Shown in pieces: positions 25,843 through 38,991 of a stretch of 64,000 nt of DNA. A model generated the notes under the pieces. That model was not told the origin of the DNA. It made no database searches and saw only the letters and a list, made by a program, of their open reading frames with translations. This DNA comes from Octopus vulgaris. Its lineage: Eukaryota. The DNA lies in contig OX597824.1 of NCBI GenBank assembly GCA_951406725.2, positions 21,080,001-21,144,000 of the forward strand. Direction: 5' to 3'. Every line of letters begins with the position of its first letter. Positions within the stretch are counted from its first letter, which is position 1. The position numbers and the translations under genes are program-made.

Positions 25843-26244
25843 TATTTCTTTACTACCCACAAGGGGCTAAACATAGAGGGAACAAACAAGGACAGAAAAA
25901 GGGATTAAGTCGAGTACATTGACCCCAGTGCGTAACTGGTACTTAATTTATCAACCTCAAAAGGATGAAAGGTATAGTCAACCTTGGTGGAATTTGAACT
26001 CAGAACGTAACAGCAGACGAAATACCTATTTCTTTATTACCCACAAGGGGCTAAACACAGAGAGGACAAATGGATTAAGTCGATTACATCGACCCCAGTG
26101 CGTAACTGGTACTTATTTAATCGACCCTGAAAGGATGAAAGGCAAAGTCGACCTCGGCGGAATTTGAACTCAGAACGTAACGGCAGACGAAATACTGCTA
26201 AGCATTTCACCCGGCGTGCTAATGTTTCTGCCAGGTCATCGCCT
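25843..26244 (-). mobile_element. SINE family B tandem dimer with 17-bp TSD
   Basis: Two units; TSD tttgcaatcttcatata at 25826-25842 and 26245-26261 encloses both. Confidence 0.9.
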
Positions 26245-27703
26245 TTTGCAATCTTCATATAGGTACAGATATTTCTAACTAGCTTCAGACGACTTGGCTT
26301 GTGTTTGGCACTGAGAAGGCAAAAATTATACTGAAACACTGGTGTCTGTTGGCCAACATTATCTGGAGCATGACTAAAGAGAAATTCTTCTCCAAGACTA
26401 AATGAATGTTGTTCTACATTTGTGTCTTCACAAATGTGTTATCAATAATGTACACACTGTTATGATACCAAGGAATTCATTGATACTGTATATAGTCAAA
26501 CAGAAAGTAATAGCTGACCATGTGAACAGAATGGCTCATGAACCGAAGGTCAACAGCTTGTATACTGCCAACAGTGTTAGCAAAGACCTTTATAAATAAC
26601 TGAATCTACCCAACAGAAAATACCAAACAAAAGGGTACTGTTCATCAGTTACACAAGAACACAGTAAATCTTTCTATGAATGCTAATATGAGGAAGGGAA
26701 TAAATTTAGTCCATCAGGCTGAACTGCACAGAATGCACCATGTGGAGACAAAGTTTTCGGTTGAAGTAATGAACATGTCTCTAATGGGTCATTCAACATG
26801 CTAGATACAACAGCCGAATCTCCTTCAAATCACAACCTACCATTAAAAAAAATCACAGGATAGCTATAGATTGAATGTCTTGGATTGTGGATTCTAATTG
26901 GAGCTTTAATAGCAACAAAGTTTTCAGCTGTACTACAGTGTTTCGAAAGACAACTTACTTGGTGACCTCACTAGTGCCAATGATAGAAGAAAACACCATG
27001 TACATTTGTAAAGTGGTTGATGTTAGGAAGAGCATCCAGCCACAAAACCCCATGGTAAAACAGACACTGGAGCTCAACACACTCCTCTGATGGGTCAGAT
27101 CCTGCCAAACCAGTCAAACCCATGCCAGCATGGAATACAGATGTTGTTGATGAACCTACAAAGCAATAACAGCTGTTCTCCATGCTTTTCCTTTTTCTTT
27201 TCGCTGCTTGTTTGCTTGTGACGCAATGAAAGCAGCCTCCACTCTGTAACATTTCAGTTTTGAGTCACCAAAATGAAGAAGTAACATATTTCATTGGTGA
27301 ATAGCTTATAATTGGAAATTTTATTTTGAAAGCCTTTGCACCTTGTTATTTAACAGTGTCTTTCGTGAACTTCAGCCTAAAACTGAAATTTGGTGTAGGA
27401 ACCTGAAAGATCTGCTGGAGAAGCTTCAGGCTGTAAACTGCGACTTATTATTTAGGAGGGTTTATTAAAATACCAGGGCTTTCACCAAGAAAGGTCAGCC
27501 CAATTTTGCAGTCAGTTAATGAGAACTTAATTTATCAAGATTCTTTAAGTTCAACTACAAACAACATTGCTAAATAAAGAGAAAGTAAGGACAACCAACA
27601 CTTCTTTTTTTTCTGCCAATGATACATCTAAATTAGAATAATTTGGAACAGGAAATGGAATGAATATTTATAAATACGTACATACATACAAATATGTATA
27701 CCA

Positions 27704-27744
<41 letters not shown>

Positions 27745-28521
27745 CAGTGCATAATTATATAATTACTGCAATAAAGAACTGCTTTGGCTCCCCCTATCTC
27801 TCCAATCAATCACATGAACTGGATGCACAGCTGTGATAAGATATCACTGGCATACTTCATTACTGTACCCCCCACCTCAGCCTTCATTACATTATTATAT
27901 GAAAATTCCCCCAAAATGAGTGTCCATGTGATTCTACCCCTGTATTACAAACATAGATGGAAATTATAAATACACACACACACACAAACATAACGGCAGC
28001 TTCAGTTCTGAAACAAAGAGCTAATTTTTGTAACCAGCGAATATTTGATTCATCTGATGAATAACACCATTAATATTTTATATTATTCCCTAACAAAAGC
28101 CAGATTTTGGGGAGGGAGGATTTTTTTTTATTGCTCATTGTAACACTAGCAAATTATGTCATCTCTAAAATAAATATTCAACACATATTCAACAAAAACA
28201 ATCATTACCATTACTCAAAGTTTTCCAAATAAGCTTTTTTCTTATAGGAGATGGGATGCTCTAAGCTTGCTTTCTCGCATAATCATTTTCCATGTCCTGA
28301 AGCTTGCCAGTTGCTTTGCTCAGTGACATAATCCTGGATCTACAGAACCTAATTGGCAAATATAAAGACAACAGGGGCCTCTGTTAGTTAAAGCATAGCC
28401 TAACTACAACAGAGAAGCATTCGACACAAGATCCAATTGTACTAGAGAAGAGCATATGAATGCAACAATCTCAAGTGTTGCAATAGCTGCCAAAAACACA
28501 ATTTATAGTTTCTATCAATAG

Positions 28522-28885
28522 TTTACTCTTTTACTTGTTTCAGTCATTTGACTGCGGCCATGCTGGATCACCGCTTTTAATCGAACAAATCGACCCTAGG
28601 ATTTATTCTTTGTAAGCCTAGTACTTATTCTATCAGAGACTTTTGCCGAACCGCTAAGTTACGGGGATGTAAACACACCAACAGCGGTTGTCAAGCGATG
28701 TTGGGGGCGGACAAACACAAGACACATACATATATATGATGGGCTTCCTTCAGTTTCTGTCAACCAAATCCACTCACAAGGCTTTGGTTGGCCCAAGGCT
28801 ATAGTAGAAGACACTTGGCCAACGTGCCACGCAGTAGGAATGAACCCAGAACCATGTGGTTGGTAAGCAAGCTACTTACCACACA
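28522..28885 (-). mobile_element. SINE family A
   Basis: Reverse complement of family A. Confidence 0.85.
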
Positions 28886-29091
28886 ATAGAAAAATAAAAT
28901 AGTGGCTTTGCTTAGTAAAGAAAGTATCTCAAATCCCTAATCTTGATGAGTTACTTGACTGTCAATCATATGAGTATAGCTGGTCATGCATATTTACAAT
29001 GCTGCACAAGATTTAACAACTTAGGAAACATTTATGCTTTACTGCTTGCTAAAATGTTTCAGTTCAAGGTTAGGGCTTGTTTGGGCCAAAA

Positions 29092-29479
29092 TCTCTATAT
29101 GTATAAAGCTGAAGTTGTCTGTGTATAGCAGGTTTGGTAGCCTTCAACTAACACTATCTCCTCCGAGACCCTGCGGCACAAGTTGACCAAAATTTAGAGT
29201 ATGATAGAAGGCTTGCTCTTCCTTCCATAGAAGAAAAAATTCAAATCGGACCATGTTAATACCAAAAATTATTTACATCAAAAAGGTGCTTTTTTCTATG
29301 AAAATCCCTATGTTTTACGATTTTTTGACTGCTGTGTCGCCATTTTTCGGTGTATTTCAACCAGAAAAATGTTCACTTAAAGAGAATAACAAGCTACATA
29401 ATGCAAGATTTTTACTTTTCAAAAATTCCAATTCTAAAGGGTCGAAACAAACCCGAGCAACGCCGGGTGATACTGCTAG
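29092..29479 (+). mobile_element. Non-autonomous Helitron-like element, family H1
   Basis: A|TC start, cccgagcaacgccggg hairpin, CTAG|T end, no TSD. Confidence 0.85.
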
Positions 29480-30054
29480 TATTGAATAAAGCTTTTCCAA
29501 ACTTTGCACTCTTAATATAATTTAATTACTTTCCTTCCTATTTATTGACTGAAATGTCAAATGCTCTTCATGTAAGTTACAAGATCTTACATTCATAGCA
29601 ATTATTAAAATAAAAAGGGAAATATTTTTCAAGTATGATCTGTAACAGGTAGATGAATGTAGCCAAATAGTACAACTAAATTAACTAAACTTAGAGACCA
29701 AGAATGTGTTATATATGTAATCAGCCTGCCTGTGCTGCTCTGCACTGCAAGACAGAAGCACCATACATACTCAGCCCTCATTGTGGGTAACAAAGTGATG
29801 GTTCCTGGAAGTTGCATCATTAAAGTTCTTGGTTATTTGTAAGGATTTATCAGTTACAAAATTCCTTCCTCTTCAGCTCTTTTGCTACCATATTTCTGTT
29901 GAAACATAGAACCTTTGTTTCAATTGATTTTTAAAATAACAAAGAATTTAGCTGGTTGTTTGGAACATAAATTCACATGAAATTCAAATGAAAGGGTTTA
30001 ATTTAGATCACTTTAAAACAAGAAGCTTATATCATAGAACTAGAGACAGTCTTT

Positions 30055-30457
30055 GTAGGTGCAGGAGTGGCTGTGTGGTAAGTAGCTTGCTTACCAACCA
30101 CATGGTTCCGGGTTCAGTCCCACTGTGGGGCACCTTGGGCAAGTGTCTTCTACTATAGCCTCAGGCCGACCAAAGCCTTGTGAGTAGATTTGGTAGACGG
30201 AAACTGAAAGAAGCCCGTCGTATCTATGTATCTATATATATATATGTATGTGTGTGAATATGTTTGTCCCTCCCCCCCAACATCGCTTGACAACCGATGC
30301 TGGTGTGTTTACGTCCCCGTAACTTAGCGGTTCAGCAAAAGAGAGCGATAGAATAATTAATAGGCTTACAGAGAATAAGTACCGGGGTCAATTTGCTCGA
30401 CTAAAGACAGTGCTCCAGCATGGCCACAGTCAAATGATTGAAACAAGTAAAAGAGAG
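30055..30457 (+). mobile_element. SINE family A inserted in an old P1-type MITE (~29876-30487)
   Basis: Full family A sequence; agtctt on both sides; MITE-like sequence resumes after it. Confidence 0.8.
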
Positions 30458-30974
30458 TCTTAGGCAGGTTACTATCAAAATGGATAACTCTATAACAGAT
30501 TAGTCTTCCAAACAGGGAGATTGTTGGCTTGCTCCCCTAGCCAGCTGGGTGGTATCATTCAAAGGTTAAAACCATACAAAGTGCATTGCGACCAGTGATT
30601 TAAACAATATCCAATAGTCTGGTTAATACCAGGATACTGTGAATACAATAGATAGCAAAATTGGCAGAGTGAGTTTCAAGCTACCCTATTGTGTTTAGTT
30701 ATGTTCCTTTGAGGGGTCAAATCCTAAGGGGTCCGATTTTACATTCACTCTGAGGATGATAAATAACATCATTACACTAGGACTGATTCAAATGAGTGTG
30801 ATTCCTTCCAAGAAATGTTTGGCCTTGTGTCAGAATCATTGGAGTGTTTGACAAAGCGCCTTTTGGTATTTGTTCTGGCTCTCCTTAAATTCTGAATCCA
30901 AATCCTGTTGAGGCCAGAACTGCTTTCATTTCTACGAGGTCATTAAAAAGAAGTACCATTCAAGTACTTGAGTT

Positions 30975-31340
30975 AATGCATAAAGGAGTGTCAATCACTT
31001 AAAATGGAGGGAAGTTATTGAAGAGGGAAATCCAGGAAGACATTGGGATGAAGAATTGAAGGCCGTTCTCGAAACACTGAGGTTTATGAAGGACATGACA
31101 GAAGACTGAGATATGTGGTGCGCCGCTGTACTCAAGAAGACCTGCCCACCACAACAGAACTGATATCCAAAAACCAAGGTGCCATGTAAAAAACACCCAG
31201 TACACTCTGTAAAGTGGTTGGTATTAGGAAAGTCATCTAGTTGTAGAAACCAAGCCAAAACAGGCTATGGAATCCAGTGCGGCCCTTGGCCTTGCCAGCT
31301 CCTGTTAAGAAGTTCAACTTACGTCAGAATAGAAACAGAT
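30975..31340 (+). mobile_element. Older RTE subfamily 3' end
   Basis: Degenerate CIKECQSLKMEG..RGKSRKT..DMTED.DMWCAAVLKKT followed by a short UTR and a diverged tail. Confidence 0.7.
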
Positions 31341-31341
31341 C

Positions 31342-31790
31342 ATTTTTTTTTATTTTTTCATTTCATTTCATCTAGTTTCAGCTCACGAGCAGTGGCCATG
31401 CTGGGGCACTGCCATTTGGTGTTGCTACATGATTTTACTTCACGAATGCTTTTTAGCAATTGACATTTGGTGCATGAGAAAGTTTGATGCAGCTGCTCTC
31501 ATCTGCACATCCTGCCGTGAAGTTGGTTCATCTGGGACACTTGACAGGAAGAGGTCCAGCTTTATTTTGAAGACATCTGCATCCACCCCATGCAGGTCTC
31601 TCAGGTCCTTCGGGAGGATATTGAAGAGCTGTGGACCTCTGAAGCCCAGGCTATTGCAGTGTCTTGTCCTACACCTTGATGGCAAATTTGGAGTCCTTGG
31701 CACTATGCAGTGGCGCCCAGTTCTAGTATTTGTGTAACTCTCGATGCCAAAGTTTGGGACAAGTCCTTCCAGGATCTTCCAGATGTATAT
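31342..31790 (-). mobile_element. 5'-truncated CR1-group LINE (ORF end at 31440, plus 3' UTR)
   Basis: YIWKILEGLVPN..GFRGPQLFNILP..LR..FK..LD.FL..VPDEP terminal motif; A-rich tail. Confidence 0.8.
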
Positions 31791-33149
31791 TAAATGTTAA
31801 ATGATGATGATGATAATGAATATAATCAACTACACCCACCCCAAAATCGTTGGCCTTGAGCCTAGAATAGAAACAATTATAAGATGATGAGTTGGCAGAA
31901 TAATTAGAGCGTGGGGAAAAAATGTTTTACTGTATTGGTTCCAGCTCTTTACATTCCAAGTTCAAATCCTGCTAAGGTTAACTTTGCTGGTATTTGACTC
32001 TTGAAGGAGAAAAAGCAAAGTATTAAGGTCAATGATATTGACTACTCCCTCTCCCCCTCAAAATTGCTGGTCTTATGTCTCTACCAAGAGTGTTAGTATT
32101 AAAAAGGCAGTGAAATGGCAGAATTACTAGCACATCAAACGAAATGCTTGGCAGAATTTCGTCTGGTTCTTTATGCTTTGAGTTCAAATTCTGCTGCTGA
32201 GGTTGACTTTGCAGACAATGAAGCAACAGCTGAGCACTGGTCAAGTCAAGCAGGTACCTCTAGTGACACCTCAGTGGGAGTTGAAAATTGATTTAAGGAT
32301 GTTCTTCATGTTGTCGGTGTAAGGAGAAGAGGGTAAATTTAACATGTATATCTGTCTACACATAGGTTTCTATAAAGAATAAATGGAATATAATAATTGG
32401 AATGTAATAAGTAGTTGGTGTTAGGAAGGGCATCCAGTCACAGAAAGCAAGTGAAAACTGGGACATATGAATGTGAAAACAAGTGAAAACTGGGACATCT
32501 TGATGTGGTCTTCTGATACATTTCGGAAGGCAAGGAATAAGAATTGATGTAGGCCATGACATGTTCAAATCCATGCCAGCAAGCAAAGTGAACATAAAAC
32601 TAGGATAATGATGATGATGATGTTGCAGGAGGAACACTAGCTTAATAGAAATGATTTGATTAAATATAACATCAGGTTGCAGCAGTTAACTCGTGAGCAA
32701 GATCATATAACACCAAGCTACAGTCTAGTAGCATATATTTAGCTGTAACTACTCAAATGCTTGACATAAACTGTCCGGTTATTGCAATTTAATGTAATTA
32801 ATAAAAGTATCAACATGTAGGTCCATTGGTATGCCTGGCACACATTCATTAATCTTTGGAACACTCACTGTTGGCAACCCACATGTTCCTCTCTTCAACT
32901 CACAACATGGATAAGGGCCACTACATCATTTAAAAGCCTTATACAAAAGATTGAGGACAAGAACAAGAAGGAAAAAAATACCCCTTAAGTGCACTCCTAA
33001 CCATCATCAAGTAAGATTTTGGTTCTACTGCCCTCTACAATACAAAATACAAGCCAATGAGGGAGCCTTGGCATAGCTAGAAAAAAGCAGACAAATCTTT
33101 TAAATCGTAGTTTTGGAGGAAGGGCACATCAGATAATAATGTTGCCCTA

Positions 33150-33420
33150 CATCATCATCACCATCGTTTAATGTCTGCTTTCCATGCAAGCATGGGTTGG
33201 ACGATTTGACTGAGGTCTGGCGAACCAGATGGCTGCACCAGACTCCAATCTGATCTGGCAGAGTTTCTACAGCTGGATGCCCTTCCTAACGCGAACCACT
33301 CCGAGTGTGAAGTGGGTGCTTTTATGTACCACTGGCACAAAGGCCAGTCAGGCAGTACTGGTAGTGGCCATGCCCAAATTGTGCCACCTGCACATGGGCC
33401 AGTCCAGCGGCACTGGCAAC
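33150..33420 (-). mobile_element. RTE LINE 3' tail
   Basis: Reverse complement of the RTE terminal sequence. Confidence 0.8.
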
Positions 33421-34364
33421 ATATCTATTAAAAAAGAATAGGACAGTCATGGCTTGACTAAAGCCAATCTGTGGCTAAACAACTACACAAACACTTAACA
33501 TCTCCTTAAGAAACAATATCAAACAGGCACTCAGTTTGCTAAGTCTATAACAACAACACTTCAAGAATGTGTAATTTCCTAAATGGAACAACACAGTTTT
33601 CAGCCGTACATTCAAAGACTCTTCTTAAGCTCTGTCACTTTTACTGCTACTAACATGACCTCTGCTCCCCTGAACTATCTGCACACCCCTTCCTCACCTA
33701 GACTCAGTTATCTTTTCTTTTCATTTATTGTATTTTTAAATTCTCAGACCTGTCGCACTAAAACACCTAATCTCTCTAAGAATATTATCTCTCTGGTCTT
33801 CTCCCCACTCTGTTTTTCATAGAAACTCTAACAACTAACCAAGCTGAACATCAACCTCATGACATTATTTTACCTCTTGATAACTAACACCAACATGATC
33901 TTAACACAAATTCACAAAAAACATGCACACACAATCTTAAGTGCAGATTACATCACAGCCACAGCCTTCCCATAATTCCCCAAACACAGCAAGATAATTA
34001 TTCCAACGTTATTGTCAATCACTCCAAAAACAAAAGCCTTGGTTCCAACTAAATGCACTATCTTTCTCTTCTTACCAGTAACATCAAACACAATGAACTA
34101 TCACAGTCACCAATACATCATACACACACACACATGCGCATGCCAAGACGACGAAAATGCTAAAAGTTACGTGCAATACTTCCGCAACTTTCACAGCACG
34201 TGCAGAAGATAGTAAAGAAAGCAAAATGATGTATGGACATACAAAGAACAAAGGTACTACTTTTGGTCAATAAAAAGATTCAACAGTAACTAAGATCTAA
34301 CTTGGACTGTGGCACATCTTGTCAGGATTTCCAAATCTATTAAACTACAATAATTAGAGATTAA

Positions 34365-34585
34365 CCCTTTCATTACCAACCCGGCTGAAACTCCCTCTGA
34401 CTCTGTAGTACAATGTCTTGTTTTCATAAGTTCTGAATTAAAAATCTTCCACCAAACCCCAATCACAATTTATGTTTCTAACACTAGCTTAATGATAACT
34501 AAGTTATTTTACTAAATTCTTTGTTATATTTAAAGTAATTTAAAAAAACATAGAGCATCTCAAAAGAAATACAGTAACGAAAGGG
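34365..34585. mobile_element. piggyBac-like MITE P1 (opposite orientation)
   Basis: TTAA|ccctttcattac ... gtaacgaaaggg|TTAA. Confidence 0.85.
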
Positions 34586-35162
34586 TTAATACTATATAAG
34601 CAACAGGATCGATTGGTACCATAGGAAGAAAATTGGTTAAATTAAAACAAGTGTGTTATCAGCATGTGTTTACCTACTCCCATACAAAATGGTACCCTAA
34701 CAATACAGATACTAGTGAACCCTAATAGATTATCCCCTTAGCATTTAAACCAGCCATATCCAACCCAAATATTCTACCTGTTTTATGTTCAAACTGGTCA
34801 GATCCGGCCTCTCACACTTAACCTGCAATATTATTCTAAAAATAAGCAATCACATCATTGAAATCTCAAAGCTACAAGATAATGCATGGATAATTCAAAA
34901 TAATGCCCACAAATTAGCAGTATATTTAACAGAATAATCTGAGGAGGAGAAGTACATTTTCAGTTAAATGTGTAGTAAAGCAATACTCTGACACATTCTT
35001 AGAAATAACGACCAACAAAGAATGGAATAATTCTAGGGATATTTTTTTGTAGCAGAAAGGATCTTTCACATCATTTCTTTGTTTCTTTGAAAGAAGTTCA
35101 ATCCAAAACCTTAATTATTTACATAACAGTCAAACTAGTTTGTTTATATTTTACTGTTTTGA

Positions 35163-35582
35163 AAAGGCGGCGAGCTGGCAGAAGTGTTAGCATGCCGGGC
35201 AAAATACGTAGCCGTATTTCGTCTGTCATTACGTTCTGAGTTCAAATTCCGCAGAGATCGACTTTGCCTTTCATCTTTTCAGGGTCGATAAATAAAGTAC
35301 CAGTTTTGCACTGGGGTCAGTGTAATCGACTTAATCCGTTCGTCTGTCCTTGTTTGTCCCCTCTGTGTTTAGCCCCTTGTGGGTAGTAAAGAAATAGGTA
35401 TTTCGTCTGTCATTACGTTCTGGGTTCAAATTCCGCCGAGGTCGACTTTGCCTTTCATCCTTTCGGGATTCAATTAAATAAAGTATCAGTTACACACTGG
35501 GGTCGATGTAATCAACTTAATCCAGTTGTCTGTCCTTGTTTGTCCCCTCTATGTTTAGCCCCTTGTGGGTAGTAAAGAAATA
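35163..35582 (+). mobile_element. SINE family B tandem dimer with TSD
   Basis: Junction aaagaaata|ggtatttcgtctg at ~35396; TSD tatattttactgttttg on both sides. Confidence 0.9.
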
Positions 35583-36219
35583 TATATTTTACTGTTTTGT
35601 AGTCCCTATCAAGCTGCTAAATAAAACGAGACAAGATTTCATCCTCAGGCCACACAATACAACACTAGTTGAGGAAAATAAAAACCAGATCTAACATCCT
35701 ATCCACTCAACCAAAGTGACATTATTTCCTCTTGTCACAGACAAATATTTACTAATGCTTAACAGTATAAACCAACAAGTCTAAGAACAAATAGACTAAA
35801 CCTGGAAGAATTAAATAAGCCAAAAAAATACTCAGAACTCACTAAAGTGTCAACAATGTAAATGTCCTAAAAGCCAGTATTACTGTTTAATACTGTGGCT
35901 GAAGCTGTTGCGGAAACGAGCAATGACATTCTTCTTTTTCTGATCCATAACTACAGATCATAAAACTGCATATTATAAACAGTGTATGAGTGCTTGTTGT
36001 TGCTGAGAGGTCCTGGTCAGCTTCTATCAAGTAGACCTACAATCGAGCTACAACATAATAAATTCCATTAATCAATTTGTTAAACAAATAAACTACAACA
36101 TGTTTCTGGCCTTTCTGTACTGAAATAATTTATTGCTGGAACAGCATGAATTTAGTGGAATTTGTCTTTTACGTTTCTGCTTACAATAAAATTTAATGGT
36201 ATTTTCTTTTGAATGCCTT

Positions 36220-36458
36220 AAGGTGGCGAGCTGGCAGAAACGTTAGCACACCGGGCGAAATGCTTAGCAGTATTTCATCTGCCGCTATATTTTGAGTTCA
36301 AATTCCAACGAGGTCGATTTTACCTTTCATCCTTTCGGGGTTGATTAAATAAGTACCAGTTACGCACTGGAGTCGATATAATCAACTTAATCCGTTTGTC
36401 AGTCCTTGTTTGTCCTCTCTGTGTTTAGCCCCTTGTGGGTAGTAAAGAAATAGGTATT
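36220..36458 (+). mobile_element. SINE family B monomer running into the next-unit start
   Basis: Ends aaagaaataggtattt. Confidence 0.85.
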
Positions 36459-37679
36459 TTCTTTTGAATGTCTTCAAGTGTCCGACTTTAGCTGAATTTG
36501 AACTCAGACTCTTTACTTCATCAATTCTGTTTTGTCGCAGTGTTATAGGATAAGAGTATAGAAGCTTTTGGTTTAAAAAAAATGCCTGAGTGCACTGCTC
36601 TGAGCTCAAGGTTTCAAGTTCAGTCTTACCTAGAGTGTCTTCTACTACAGTCCCAGTTGACCAATGCCTTTTCAAGTGAATCTGGCAGACAGGAACTGTG
36701 TCCATACAATCGTTTGTATTTGTCCCACCAACACTTAACCAGTGTCGGTTTGTTTATGTCCCTGTAGCTTAGCAGTTCATCGAAAGTGACTGATAGAATA
36801 AATAACAGACTTTAAAAAAAAAAAGTCCTGGGGTCAGTTTGTTCAACTAAATCCTTCAAGGCGGTACCCCATCATGACTGCAGTCTAATGACTGAAACCC
36901 AACCAAAGAGATACATATTTGTATGCTTTGTGTGTGTGTGTGTGTGTGACACCTAAAAGTACTCAAAGGACAAACTAAAGTTGTCTAATTTGCTCTGATT
37001 TCACTATTGTCTTTTCACTATTGTCTTTAAAACTAGGATATTTAGTGAGAAATCCCGAATCAACCTCGATTAGAGACGATTTTGTACAGTCATAGTCCAA
37101 TGCGTTTGTTTTAAAGACAGTGGAGTAGATTTATTATTTATTGAAGTAGTCACACAGAGGCCTGTTTAAATTTTAAGCTCACAACTAAATATACAATTTA
37201 TTAATATCTTAACATATACTACGCAAAAAAAAAAAAAAAAATATTAGATGCTGTGAAGATTTCATAAAAAAAAAAAAGATTGGTCATTTTTTAAATTTTA
37301 TTTTATTGACCTTTCCTTTCAAGAAGTCTCCTCACAGGCAATAAATTCATTCGATAATTAACAAGCATCTTCAATTATATATTTCATTGGTAATATCCAG
37401 CAACTGACTGTATGGTATTTACAGGTTTCGAAATAATAATTAAAAAAAAAAAAACAAACAAAAAAAAGTTAAATAATTATACCATAAAAAAGAAACATCT
37501 TTACAGAGGAGGATATTATCAGATTTCCTTTATAAATTGCTTGTCTGCTTAACTTGCTGCCCACCTTTTACTCGTTACAAGCTTCTGTTATAGTATTATA
37601 GGTGTGTCCTGACTTAGGAATGTAATTCATTAGAAAAGGTAAAAAAAAAAAAAAATATAAATAAAAATGAACGTAGCCT

Positions 37680-38350
37680 TCTATTGATCTTTACACGAAA
37701 TGCTCGAGAGTGATGCCCCCTCTCCCGCCATTTATCAACATATATAAAACCCCGGTCGCGCGCACACGCAGCGGAGAGGAGGGCGAAGAGAAAAAGAAAA
37801 TAGGTTTATATAAATGGTGGAGGGAAGAAATCTCAATGGCATGAAAGTGTACTATAGCTATATTTATTTATTTATTTACTTCTTACCATTCAAGCTTAGT
37901 CAATACAAAACGTGCCGTGAACGTATGCCAAGTGAGGTGGTGGCGTTGGTGGTGGTGGTGGGGAAAAGCCAAAAAAGATTTATCAAGCAGGGTTCATTAA
38001 TTTCTCCACCAAGACAATAAGTGTAACTAACTGTTAATTTCTTTCAGGACAACCCTCTCATTAATTTCCTGACAGTTGCCCTGCCATCAGCCAACGATAA
38101 AAATAAAAAGATTTCCAAAGCGGCGCAGATAGATATTCGTTAATCAAAAGAGGCAAGAAGCTAAGGACAGCAGTCTAAACACAGTAACCTTATATCTGTG
38201 AGGTATTTTGGCTCAAAAACTTCCCTGCCCGTTCCACTTGTATAGTAGAAAGGTATGAACGGTGGAGAGGCGGTCGGTGTAGGGTGGGCAGTCGAGTATA
38301 AAGAGGCGTTAGTTTTCTAACTCTGAATGGCTGTGCGTTACCACTGGTAA
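37680..38350. promoter_or_regulatory. CpG-retaining promoter-like region with a candidate minus-strand exon ending ATG|gtaaga at 37887
   Basis: cccgccattt (YY1-like), tatataaaa followed by ccccggtcgcgcgc, no SINEs, donor-like gtaaga at 37881-37886 on the minus strand. Confidence 0.45.
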
Positions 38351-38534
38351 CTAACTGACCCCAAGGTGACATTCCAGCAATTGATGGAGTATGACAAATA
38401 AAAATAATCTTGCACTACTTGAAAGAAAAGAATGTTAATACATATGGAATGCTGTAAAAATACATATCATTCCGTGGAACACTTTATAACACTGGTTAGG
38501 TGTGTTAATTAATAATAATAATAATAACAATAAT

Positions 38535-38991
38535 CATTTCTACTATAGGCATAAGACCTGAAATTTTAGGGGAGGAGGGGGCTGGTCGATTGCATCGATC
38601 CCTAGTATTTGACTGGTACTTACTTTACCGACCCCGAAAGGATTAAAAGCAAAGCCGACTTCGGTGGGATTTGAACTCTGAACGTAAAGAGGAACGAAGC
38701 GCCGTTAAGTATTTTGTCTGACATGCTAACGATTTTACCAGGTTGCCACCTCAATAAAAATAAAAATAATAATAATCCTTTCTACTATAGGCACAAGGCC
38801 GGGAATTTGGGGGTAGTGGACAGTAGTGGATTGCATCGACTCTAGTGCTCAACTGGTACTTATTTTATCGACCTCGAAAGGATGACAGGCAAAGTCGACC
38901 TCGGCGGAAATTGAACTCGGAACGTAAAGGCGGACGAAATGTCACTAAGCATTTTCTCCGGCATGCTAATGGACCTGTCAACTCGCCACCT
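38535..38991 (-). mobile_element. Two older family B-related SINEs with an alternative tail
   Basis: Same head and core; tail resembling ggccttgtgcctatagtagaaaggatt(att)n. Confidence 0.75.

Noticed and set aside
27150-27250. Possible minus-strand coding exon (also 265-345, 28255-28345, 29770-29820)
   Set aside because: Only one convincing splice site or an early stop in each; peptides not recognised
28053-28100. CTGATGA hammerhead-like cores (also ~17345 and ~62762)
   Set aside because: No properly placed GAAA or pairing stems
33480-34330. C/A-skewed stretch suggestive of an ancient LINE; also a possible LINE 5' UTR at 23290-23560
   Set aside because: No recognisable protein motif could be reconstructed by eye
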